A stretch of DNA of 64,000 bases, taken from positions 49,679,776 through 49,743,775 of the forward strand of contig NC_083418.1 of the NCBI RefSeq assembly GCF_020745735.1. The letters run 5' to 3'. Origin of the DNA: Hemiscyllium ocellatum (Eukaryota). Positions 12,308 to 23,309 of the stretch are shown one piece after another. Under the pieces are notes generated by a model. The model was not told the DNA's origin, made no database searches, and saw only the letters and a list, made by a program, of their open reading frames with translations. The position numbers and the translations under genes are program-made. Positions within the stretch are counted from its first letter, which is position 1; each line of letters opens with the position of its first letter.

Positions 12308-13544
12308 GTAACACATCCACTTATGAATATAGCATTCTTGTAATTTTTTGACTACTACTTGCATCTATTCCCTATTAGAGACTTGGGGTGTTGGTGCTCC
12401 TTCGGTCAAGTCCCCATATTCTCAGATGAATGTGTGCACGTTAGAGGGAAATTGACTGGTGGTGGTTTAACTTGGGTGTCACCACACCTCTGGAGAGGTG
12501 AAATGGAAGGACCTTTACGGTTACTTTAGACAATACATCAATTGAACCACATTGTTGGCATCACCCTGCATCGCAAACCAGCCATCCGGCCACCTGAGCT
12601 GTTTGTGCTCCTACTGTGGTATATAGAGAAAGGAACTTCAAGATTACGTTTAGCTGTAGTAGACAGTCCAGTCACAAATTGTGTCCCAAAGTTTGAGTAT
12701 TTGTATTCAAACACACATTGTGCTGATTCTCATCACATTTTTAAAATTTACTCATGTTTTACGAATGTCACGGTCTGGGCCAGCATTTGTTGCCTATTTC
12801 TAGTTACTCTTAAAAAGGGTTGAAGTGCTCTACCTTCTTGAACGGCTGTAGTCCACTTGGTGGACTACACATTGTCATTAGGGAGGCAAGTTCCGGGAAT
12901 TTAATCTGGCACACTAAAAGAATAGTGAAAGATTTCCAAATCTATATGGTGATTGGCTTGAATTTGAATTAGCTTTATCTTCACATGTACTCCACTCGCC
13001 AACAATTAGGGACCTAATGTGGTCAAATGAATGGGTGACTTGTGTGCCTTCCCCCGCCAGCTGCTTGTCCACCTGTCTCCCAGCAGGGAAGAACAGTGGC
13101 TAGTTTCCCAATTGACCACCTACCAGCTGAGTTGGGTAGGGAGTACAGGGGTGGATTCTGAAATCCATTTCCTTTTGACCCCCATCTCCCCCAAATCTGA
13201 GTCAAATCTTGCCACTTACCACCGCCTGCCCAAATGTCCACATCTTGTGAGAAGAAAATTAAAGAACACAACTTCTTGTTGCTGGATCACCAACAGAGTA
13301 GACTTTGACCAACAAACATTGGGATTCAGGGACTCCGATGCCCTTGCTCAGCTCTTAATGAACTAATTCTGTGGCAAGAGGGTTAGTTATCTCTCTGGTG
13401 TAAGTGCCTGCCTAATGCATATTCTTTGAAGTGAAAAGGGAAAAATCCCAACCAAAGTTTCCATTGGATGTAATTTACATGTTTTTTTTAATTTGTTTTT
13501 GGATTGAGAAAGGACAATGTAAACCTTTCTGAAACTACTGCTTA

Positions 13545-13850
13545 CATATTGTGGTGTTTGCTAATGTCACTGGGCTAGTCATCTAGAAACTCAGTCTAAT
13601 GCTTTGGAGAACATTGGTTCAAATCCCATCACAGCAACTAGTGGAGTTAAATTCAATTAATAAATCCGGAATTGCAAGTTGCATATGACTCCAACTGTAT
13701 GCCAATTTGGTTGAATCTCAACTGCTCTCTGAAATGTCTGAGCAAATCCCTCCATTCAAGGGAAATTCCGCAAGGATAACAAGTGCTGGCTTTGCCAGTG
13801 ACATCCACATCCATTGGCAGAATAATTTAAAAAAACATAAATTCATGACT
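13545..13850 (+). mobile_element. tRNA-derived SINE; a related minus-strand copy lies at about 57490-57800
   Basis: A-box/B-box-like head (ggttcaaatccc) and an A-rich end. Confidence 0.5.
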
Positions 13851-13944
13851 TGCATAGGCATTCTGCTTGTAGCCAAGCAAGAAAGTAAAACAGCGTAAGC
13901 AGATAAGAATGTTTATATTGTTAAGTTTTAATCTTCTTTATTAG

Positions 13945-14385
13945 TTCCTCCAGAAATTACTGAATTCAGCAAACCTTCCGTATTTCAACATTTTGAAAAA
14001 GGCTTCATTAATTACCAAGTCAATGGATTTAGACCTTCTGAGATTCAAGTTGTTTTAATGTTGAAGAGGACGGGGAATGAAAATGGAACAAAAATTTTTG
14101 AAAGGTGTTGCACACAGAAAACTGCAGAAAATTATAGGCAATTAGCGTTTGAAATTATTCGAAGTGAAGAGAGCCTTCTTCGAAGTGATTGTTGGCCAGA
14201 TGAATCCTTTTTGCCTTTGGAACCAACTTTATCCGAGAACAGTGACAGGACGTTCAAATTACAGGGCAGTGTTGAAGTCTGTCCTGATGTAAAACGTGAT
14301 AATGGGGCTGAATTAATTCTTCTTGTTTACCATGACACTCTTGCCCAACCTGCTTCAAAAGCTATAACACTGGAAGTTAAACAAG
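13945..14385 (+). CDS. NCR3LG1-like: Gene 1 post-TM Ig domain 1, a degenerate C1-like domain, VPPEITEFSKP...INYQVNGFRPSEIQVVL...DNGAELILLVYHDTL...ITLEVKQ
   Basis: Acceptor ttctttattAG 13943-44, donor GTagat 14386, 441 nt open, phase 1-1. Retains PP, GFRP, D-x-T-F and VxH-x-L motifs, but the B-strand Cys, C-strand Trp and F-strand Cys are replaced. Confidence 0.85.
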
Positions 14386-14643
14386 GTAGATCATATACAC
14401 ATTATTTTCATAATTTGTTTATGCTTCATGAATCCGTTCGGGTTATTTTTTGTAAACTTATGTATTTGTCCATACAATGTAATATGTTGTTAATAGAGGT
14501 CATGCAGTTTTGCTATCTGTAGTCTGGTAACATTATAGAAAATTCAACTGTAAAAATAATAATTTCTTCTTGTTTTTATTAAGACATGGGAATTGTTTCA
14601 ATTTCAGCAGATGACTTCTTTATTTTGTTTCCCTCTCCGAAAG

Positions 14644-15015
14644 TCCCACCAAAAATGTCAAACATTGTGGTGCCACTGCAAGTCCATCATAATGAGCCTG
14701 CAGCCCTGATTTGTTCTGTCATTGGATTTAAACCAAAACCTCTTCAAATCATATGGCAACGAATCGGGCGGGATGATAAATTGGAAGAACTTCTGCGATT
14801 GGATCAGGAAAGGACCATCTTTGCTCGTGACAATGGGAACAATTGCAAGTATCATCATCAAATCAGTGAGGTAAAATATAAAGATAGATCCTATGGTATC
14901 ACCAGTGCCCTAGTTATTTTGCCAGATGTACTACAAGACCAAGGAACAAAGTATATCTGTCAAGTACGACATGTGGACACGGATGAGCAGAAAGATACAA
15001 TTCTGAAAATTACAG
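14644..15015 (+). CDS. NCR3LG1-like: Gene 1 post-TM Ig domain 2 (C1-set), VPPKMSN...LICSVIGFKPKPLQIIW...YICQVRH...ILKIT
   Basis: Acceptor AG 14642-43, donor GTatgt 15016, 372 nt open, phase 1-1. Canonical C, W and YxC are present. Confidence 0.9.
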
Positions 15016-15139
15016 GTATGTCATTCTTCTGACTTCCCTTGTGTAGAGCAGTGGATTAGATATGTTTACTGACACCATTATTTTCCCCATTTTTGTCTGT
15101 TAAAAGCTTAGGGTGTTAATGTTTTCATTTCTTTTTCAG

Positions 15140-15451
15140 CCCCACCAAAATCGAACGGGATAATATGTGATGCAGAAAAACCAGTTGCAGGAGAGTGCAT
15201 GACTTTGCACTGCAAAATACATTCTTTTTACCCCCAAAACATCACAATAACATGGCTCAAAGAAGGTGAAAAAATGTGGGAAGAATTCAATCAAAGTGGA
15301 CCCAAACCAGGAAATGATGGGCTCTATAACTTGACAACAAGTGTAAAGACTACACTGAGAGGAGCTGATGTTGGGAAGAAATACACTTGCCAAATACAGC
15401 ATGAAAGTCTAGTACAGCCTTTAGAAGTTGACTGGGTGCTTGATCAACTGA
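15140..15451 (+). CDS. NCR3LG1-like: Gene 1 post-TM Ig domain 3 (C1-set), APPKSNG...LHCKIHSFYPQNITITW...DGLYNLTTS...YTCQIQHESL
   Basis: Acceptor ctttttcAG 15138-39, donor GTaagt 15452, 312 nt open, phase 1-1. Textbook C1 motifs. Confidence 0.92.
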
Positions 15452-15512
15452 GTAAGTAATCATTGTTAAACCACCATGCGAAAACTATAAGCCAAACAAT
15501 GAAACTTGCTAA

Positions 15513-15810
15513 ATCATAGAATCCCTACAGTGTAGAAGCAGGCTATTTGACCTATCAATTGAACAGCAACACTCGAAAGAGCATCCCATCCAGATCCACA
15601 CTCTCACCTTATCTGTGTAACCCGGCATTTCCCATGGCTAATCCACCTAGCCAGTACAGCATAGCCAATCCATCTAACCTACACATCTTTGGACTGTAGG
15701 AGGAAACTGGAATCCCTGGAGGAAACCAGTGCAAATTCCACGCGGACAGTTGCCAGAGGATGGAATTGAACAACGATCCCTGGCGCTAACCACTGAGGAT
15801 CAGTGCCACA
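15513..15810 (-). mobile_element. HE1-type elasmobranch SINE
   Basis: Reverse complement of the family seen at 21628, 36905 and 50930, with a CR1-like 3' tail. Confidence 0.7.
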
Positions 15811-16014
15811 TGAATAATCTCCAAATTAAATAAATTACCAAGATCCTGTTTTTTTTTAAAGCATTATATTGAGAACCACCAAATTAAACATGAATTATCA
15901 TTCAAGTGAAAAATATATATATAAATACTACAGCAAGATACAGCTTATGCAACTGTAAGCATTCGCATCACTTATTGCTCAAATGTGGTACTTCAGGCTT
16001 CACAGTTCCACATT

Positions 16015-16555
16015 TTGCTGTTGTTGTGGTTCTGTTCGCCGAGCTGGGAATTTGTGTTGCAGATGTTTCGTCCCCTGTCTAGGTGACATCCTCAGTGCTT
16101 GGGAGCCTCCTGTGAAGCCCTTCTGTGATCTTTCCTCCGGCACCATGGACACCAACTAGCTACGAAACGACACGACCAGCTATCCTTAGTAGCCACACAC
16201 TCAGATGACAAGCAACATGAGTTCGACTGGGACAACACTACTATAATAGGACAAGCCAAACAGAGAATAGCCAGGGAATTCCTAGAGGCATGGCAATCAT
16301 CCACAGATTGATTAAGCACATCGACCTGGACCCAATATATCGGCCACTGCAACGGACAGCTGGAACTGACAACCGGAAGCGGCAGATTCAAACCACTACA
16401 AATGCCAGAGGAAAGATCACAGAAGCGCTTCACAGGAGGCTCCCAAGCACTGAGGATGTCACCTAGACAGGGGACGAAACGTCTGCAACACAAATTCCCA
16501 GCTCGGTGAACAGAACCACAACAACGAGCACCCGAGCTCCAAATCTTCTCACAAA
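16015..16555. mobile_element. Penelope-like element fragment: about 125-nt inverted repeats around a GIY-YIG C-terminal remnant
   Basis: 16015-16142 is the reverse complement of about 16403-16530. The internal frame reads HQLATKRHDQLSLVATHSDDKQHEFDWDNTTIIGQAKQRIAREFLEAW. Confidence 0.8.
16447..16486 (+). ncRNA. Minimal hammerhead ribozyme core; inverted copy on the minus strand at 16059-16098
   Basis: gca-CTGAGGA-tGTC(acctagacaggg)GAC-GAAAC-GTC-tgc. Confidence 0.65.
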
Positions 16556-18854
16556 CTTTGCTGTTCTTTATTCACGTGGGTAGTTCAGGAGTCTTACCTG
16601 ACAACAGCTTTCACCTTCAAGATTCACTGATACAACTATTATCACTATCAACACATACCCCTACAGTATTCCTTGCATCATTAACATTTCTGAGCATATA
16701 GCTTTCTAAAGTCCCTTTTCGGTTGAACAATTAAAAACAACCTGATTCATGGTTGGCCACTTCTGGAAAAGTACCAGCTCTCTGGTGTCTCTCAGCTTTT
16801 AACCAAATTGTGCAGAACCTCCCCAAAAGTTTGTCTCTTTTTGTATTGCAAAACAAAAAAACTGAGCACTTCGTGAAAGTGATTTCCTGCTCTCTCCTCA
16901 TTGGATTGTCTGTGTTTTCCTTTCTATATCTGTGTACAGACTTTAAAGCACATTTCCATGCAGGATTCTTCTCTCATGACTTATTCATGACTGTATATGG
17001 CAGTACTGCAGAGCTTTAGATTGGTGCATTGGTAGTGGGATTTTTCTGTTCTGTCTGAAGCATGTACTGAGCAGTTTCACATGAATGATGTCCTTTTGTT
17101 ATCAAGTTGATATGTTATTTTTTGGTTTCCTGATGCTGCTCCTGGCATGCTCTATTACACACTCTATTGAACTAGGCCATAATCACCCAGCTTGCTGGGA
17201 TTGGTAGGAAAAAGGATATGCATAGCCATGAAGTATTGACTATGATAGATTATAGCACCTCATAGATGCTCAGTCGTAAGCTGATAGATCTATCCTAATG
17301 TTACCCCATTTATTATATTGTTAATGTTGCATAAGATGATGGAGAGCATGTTCTATTTGAAGACAGGATTTCATTCTGGCCGGTCTGGGATTTATTGAAA
17401 TATTTGTAATAGCTATATTGGTGGAGAAGCAATCAAGAAAGATTTATCTTCACTTTGGCTTATTTGGAGCTACCCCATTTGTAGTGGATGCATTCTTCAG
17501 GGCTGAGCATTGAAATCCACTACCCAGAGTGGATTTGCCCATGCCCATGCTGGTCTCAGTCCTTTGTATAAGTGGTGTTTGACATTGAGAAGTATTGATT
17601 GATCAGCCAAAAGCAAACAATAGGTGGTAATCAGCAGGAGCTTACCTCGCCCATAGTTAAGCTAATGCCATGAGATATAATAGGGCCTGAAATTGAAAAA
17701 GAAGACTCCCAAAGTTAATCTTTATCGCCTCTGTGGATCTGTCTGATGCCCATTAAGGACATACACAGGAATGTGGATGGTAAATCAGAGGTGTTGGCTG
17801 ATTGATATAATTTTCTGAGTATAACTATGACATATTGTTGCTTGACAATTCTGTGGAACAGACCTTCTTCCAATTTGACATTAGTCCCAAATGTCAGTGA
17901 GAAGTTTGCAGCATTGTCAGGGCAGGGCTATGTCTACATCACTGCCAGGTGCTGAAATAAACAGCACAAGGAGAGAAATGGAAATAAAAATTTGCTTGTT
18001 TGGTTTGCCATCCAGAAAAGATGGAAGAGAATTCAAATAAAAGTTATTATAAAAATTGCATTTAGAATGATGACGTCTTAAAGTTGTACCTGAAGAAATG
18101 TAATTTTTTAGTACTTTGTTTCTGTCTCAGTCCTCTATTGAAATTCTCATTCATGCTTTTGTTACCTTTAGAGATGACAGTCCCTATGCATTCCTGACTG
18201 GTCTCTGAAATCCTACACTGTGCTAACATGAGATCATCTAAAATGTTGCTGCCGTTTTAAACTTGCATCAAATCCCCATTTCATTGCGATGGCTCACTGT
18301 GAAGCAATGTTTTGATTTTTCAAATTTTCATCCTTGTTTTTGTATCCTTCTACGGTCTCACCCCTGTGCAATACCTTCCACCACCACAACCCTTCAAAAT
18401 CTCTGCATCTCTCGAACTGTGGTCTTTTGTTCATCCTTGATTTTGATTGCCCTGCTCTTAGGTGTCTAATTGGTTATCCAGTCCTCAGACTCTGCAGTCT
18501 CTGCACCTCTTCACCCATATTACCTCATTTAGCCTTAAATATTTTCAAATCCATTTGTTCAGCCAGATGTTATTCCACACCTGAGAAGCAGATGGGACTT
18601 CGAACCCAGGTCTCCTGGTTCATTATCGCTGGAGCACGAGAGACCCTTCACTTGTCTTATTACTTGCACATTAAAATCTCCCTTGTTGATTTAAGCTTTG
18701 ATCTAATGCCATCCTTTGTCTACCTTGTTATATAATTCTTAAAGCCTTTAAGATGTTTAATTACATTAAATGCATCAGGTAAATGTAAGTTGTTAACTTT
18801 TTCAGCCCCGGAGCAATTAATTAGCAGTTATCAACAAAGTGTTAGACAGTTTTT

Positions 18855-19150
18855 GTAGGTTAGATTACTTGCAGTGTGGAAACAGGCCTTCGGCCCAACA
18901 AGTCCACACAACCCTCCGAAGAGCAATCCACCCAGATCCCTTCCCCTGCATTTACCCCTTCACCTAACACCTACACGCAATTTAGCATGGCCAATTCACC
19001 TAACCAGCACAACTCCACACAGACAGTTGCCGAGGCAGGAATTGAACCACTGTGCCACCGTGCCGCCCACAGATAATTAAATTTCACACAGACAGTCACC
19101 CAAGGTCCCTGGCGTTGTAAAGCAGCAGTGCTAACTACTCAGCCACCGTG
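18855..19150 (-). mobile_element. HE1-type SINE
   Basis: Same family as 15513-15810. Confidence 0.7.
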
Positions 19151-19740
19151 TTGATGGAGCCTTTTAAGTTGCCTAAAGTTCTTCTGTCTGAATCCATTGT
19201 CCACAGTGGGTTTAAAAAGTGAATGAACAATGGATGCTGTAAATCAGAAACAAAAACATAAGCTGCTGGAAAAGCTCAGTGGGTCTGGCAGTTTCTGTGA
19301 AGAGAAAACTAAGTTAATGTTTCTGGTTCGGTGACACTTGCTCAGAAGGATCTGGCATATTTGGTGCAAACCAGATTGCATCACAGTTCCAGAAAAAATG
19401 GTCATACCTAACTTCCTTTGCATAACTCCTTCATAAAACTAATCAATGTGCCTTTGTGATAAAATCCAATTTCCACGTATGTGGAGAATTAAGCTTGAAT
19501 AGCTTCACAGTGTTCAGTGTTTTGTCTCAAAATTGACGAGTTACCAATTTCGACAGAAACTGAAGCATTGGCCTGCAGCACTATATCAGTGTGAGGGGGC
19601 AAGAGAGATAGTGAAATGCAATGTTTTGTTCAAAAAAACAGTACTTGACAATTTATTAAAGGTTACTTGAGATCTTTTAAAAATAGTAGCATTTTCAGTT
19701 ATGCAGTCTCAAAAATACTATTTGTCTTGTTTGTCTGCAG

Positions 19741-20061
19741 TATCCGCACCAAAGATAACCGAAGTTATAGCCGAACCTGCTCACCCAGAGGTGGGAAAAC
19801 CTGTAACCCTTTCCTGTAAAGCTTACGACTTCTTTCCAGAAGGCCATCAAATATCCTGGTTCAAAGGGTTTGAGAAAATTAAAGATGGAGTTAAAATGGA
19901 TGCCACTGTATTCGATAATTCAACTCGTTTGTACTCTCGTGTATCTAAAATGACATTCAAACCAAGTGTCATGGACCAAGGAAAAGATATCAAAATGGAA
20001 ATCCTTCACGCTGAGACTTCAAACAGCCCTGTCTCATCCAATTATCGTTTGAAACTATTTG
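19741..20061 (+). CDS. NCR3LG1-like: Gene 1 post-TM Ig domain 4, SAPKITEV...LSCKAYDFFPEGHQISWFKG...DQGKDIKMEILH...RLKLF
   Basis: Acceptor ttgtctgcAG 19739-40, donor GTaagt 20062, 321 nt open, phase 1-1. B-strand Cys and Trp present; F-strand Cys position is Met. Confidence 0.9.
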
Positions 20062-20717
20062 GTAAGTCTCGTTCCAACAAATCGTACGGCTTCAAAGAAA
20101 TTATGGAATGTTGAACAATTATTTGGAATGGACAGATGCTTCAAATTCATTAATTTGACACCTTTTTTTTGTAAAAACGTCTGTTTAATCAAGGAAGTCA
20201 GATGCAATGATCCATTTCATAGAATCCCTACAGTTTGTTAGCAGGCCATTCGGCCCATTGAATCCATACCCACCCTTCCACCTAGATCCTTCCCTATCCC
20301 AGTAACCTTGCATTTCCAGGGCTAATTCCCATAGTCTGCACATCCCTGGACACTAAAGGGGCAATTTAGCATAAGCAATCCACCTAAGCAGCACATCTTT
20401 GGACTGTGGGAGGAACAGGTATCGAATTGGAGTTTAATTAGCAGGGATCTCTGAGTGCAAAAGAAATTAACAATACTCAAGAAAAAGCCGTTTGAACTGA
20501 CAATAATTAGCCTTTATTGAAAATACTGCTGTAGTTAGGCTGAAACTTGAGGGGAGGATGAGATCCAAGTAGTTCTCTACTTCTCTTCCAAGTTTCATGC
20601 CTTTACAAAGAAAGAACTACATTAATTATTTTAAAATATGCTGAGGAATTACAGATTATCATGAAATGTACGTCAACCATCGCACTGAACCTTAGCCCGA
20701 AAAGCATTAATCATTTG

Positions 20718-20914
20718 CAGCTGAAAAATTTGTTGCTGGAAAAGCGCAGCAGGTCAGGCAGCATCCAAGGAGCAGGAGAATGATGTTTCGGGCATAAACC
20801 CTTCTTCCCGAAACGTCGATTCTCCTCCTTGGATGCTGCCTGACCTGCTGCGCTTTTCCTGGAACGCATTTTTCAGCTCTGATCTCCAACATCTGCAGTC
20901 CTCACTTTCTCCTA
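20718..20914. repeat. Fold-back Penelope-pLTR-derived mini-insertion with 12-bp target-site duplication
   Basis: Arms 20719-20791 and about 20807-20879 are reverse-complementary. ATTAATCATTTG occurs at 20706-17 and 20915-26. Confidence 0.8.
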
Positions 20915-21627
20915 ATTAATCATTTGTATCATTCCATAACTCTGTTCTGTTGTACGGATATTTTATTTAGGCTAAAATCTGCAGTTCAAAGTATCCAAGG
21001 AACCATTAAGAAGATTACTGAAGTATTGTCAAACTTGTGGAATTTATTTACATCCAGCCTGGTCCTGAAATCTGTTTCTGACCTTTTGCCACAGTCTTTC
21101 CAACTTACTGAACTATAATTGAGAGTTGACAATTTTTTTCCCATCATGCAATGTTAAATGTTCCTCACAATACCACATTTCTCTCTTTTGTCATATCATG
21201 ACAATCAGTTGTATGGGCACATTGAAAATTTCATGGAAAATAAATTAGCACAAGTAAACATGTAACCCTATTCCACCAGAAATACTATTAAGAGCAAAAA
21301 GGTTTTAAAGATCCAATCAAACATTTTGTGACTTAACCAAATCAACTAGCTCGGTGCGCTATAATCATGGAGTTCTTTGTCAGTGTTTTGTATGTGGTCA
21401 GCATGTTGATTAATATGTTCATCTAGGTTGGTAGTATTTTCAGAGGTATCCAGAATGTAAGTACAGCATTCCTGACCCACGACAGCACATGCTCCCGCTT
21501 GTAAGGCTAGCAGATAATCCAAAGCCAGTTGCTTCTGTCCGAACAGCCATAGCTCAGCTGCGACCACAGTCAGTGCTTGTCTAGTTGCCTTGGCTTCTAA
21601 TGCTGTCTCATTGGCCAGGTAGCCATA

Positions 21628-21955
21628 AGGTGGCACGGTGGCTCAGTGGTTAGCACTGTTGCCTCGGGGAACCGGGTTCGATTCCAGCCTCGGGCAACCG
21701 TCTGTGTGGAGGTTGCACGCTCTCCCTGTGTCTCCGTGCATTTTCTCCAGATGCTCCGGTTTCCTTCCATAATCCAAAGATATGCAGGTCAGGTGAATTG
21801 GCCATACTAAATTACCCATACTGTTCAAAGATATGTAGGTTAAGTGCATTAGTCTGGGGTAAATGTAGAGTAGCAGGGGAATGAGTCTGGGTGGGTTACT
21901 TTTTGGAAGGTTGGTGTGGACTTGTTGTTTCCATACTGTAGAGATTCTATAATTC
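21628..21955 (+). mobile_element. HE1-type SINE inserted into the ERV env
   Basis: ggtggcacggtggctcagtggttagcactg...gggttcgattcc head; it splits the env reading frame. Confidence 0.8.
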
Positions 21956-23184
21956 TAAAGGTATTCCAACGCTGAGGCCATGCAAACTAATTTGCTGGAT
22001 ACTCAGCCCATTCTGTAAAATGGAAAAGACAACATGAGGAACTGGTCTAGCCCTGTAATGGATCTCATACTTCATGGATGGTAGTTCTTAAGGGAGGTGA
22101 GGTGATGCATTAAGAGTACAATATAACCCAGATAGTAGGAACTATCCAATGGTAGGAAGCCATGGGTACGCTTTGGTGCTGTATATAAAGTATGTGCCAT
22201 TGTAAATTGTAAAATCATCAGTCAATGTCATCAAGGCTGCATGGTGGACTAGGCCCATAGACTATCAGATGCAATATTCCATATCCTGGTCCAATCACAG
22301 TTAAGCATCCCATTTCTCAAAATATTGACGACTGGGCCTTGCCAGTCAAATGTGAGATTACATTTGCTTTGCCTCATTAGCATTCCTTGTCCTAATTTTC
22401 GAAAACATTGGCACCCTGTAGAATTTGAATGTACTGTAAGGGAAGGAGGAAGTGATCGTGACTATATGCAGGCTGATGCCATGTTGAAAATGTAGTCATT
22501 TCATAACCTGCTGATTCCCATATTCTCATTTCCCCATTCAGCCCTGTGTGATTCCATTGTAACATCCGCTCGACTGTTTCTGATGTAGAGAAAGGGAGGG
22601 GTTGAAGAGATATTCCTTCCCTTGAGAATGTTTGGGGTTATGGATAGAACCCCAACATTTACTTATGTTCAATTTCTTGGCATACGTATATGACACCTGT
22701 AAATAGGTGTTTACATGCAGTTCCCAAGGAGGCTGGTTTGTTAATGTCAAATATTCACCTACGTCAAAGAATTAAAGAAGTCCAAAGAGTATCAAATGAT
22801 GCTCATGCTATGTTGTCGACTGGTTGAGGAGTAATCTTCTTACAATCAGATAGATGAACCCATTTGGAACATCCTTCAAGTTTGACTGAGGTTGGTGTTG
22901 TCAGTAGGACTTGAAAGGGGCCACTCCAGTGGTGTCCTAATTTGTTTCTTTCCCAACTCTTGATCAACACGTAATCCCCTGGGTTTCCTCATGGATACTG
23001 GGAGGCAATGGTATTTTCCTCAGATGGGCAATGTGATTGTCTGACCTGCAAGTGAAGAAACTTCAGAGAAAGAGTTAATTGTTTTAAGTAATTCTGCATT
23101 TGCTCGCCTATTACGTAAAGATGCACGCCCTCTAGAGGTTCAGCACGAGCATCCCACAGAGTCCTCATTGGCCGACCATAAGCT

Positions 23185-23309
23185 GATGAAGGGCTTTTGC
23201 CCGAAACGTCGATTTCGCTGCACTTTGGATGCTGCCTGAACTGCCGTGCTCTTCCAGCATCACTGATCCAGCATCTGGTTTCCAGCATCTGCAGTCATTG
23301 TTTTTACCT
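23185..23309 (+). mobile_element. 125-nt Penelope-pLTR-derived mini-element with hammerhead core, inserted in the ERV integrase with a 12-bp TSD
   Basis: CGACCATAAGCT at 23173-84 and 23310-21. CTGATGA-a-GGGC-tttt-GCCC-GAAAC-GTC at 23183-23210. Confidence 0.85.

Noticed and set aside
20971-21022. Acceptor ttttatttAG with a downstream GT as an exon
   Set aside because: Phase-1 entry hits TAA at once.
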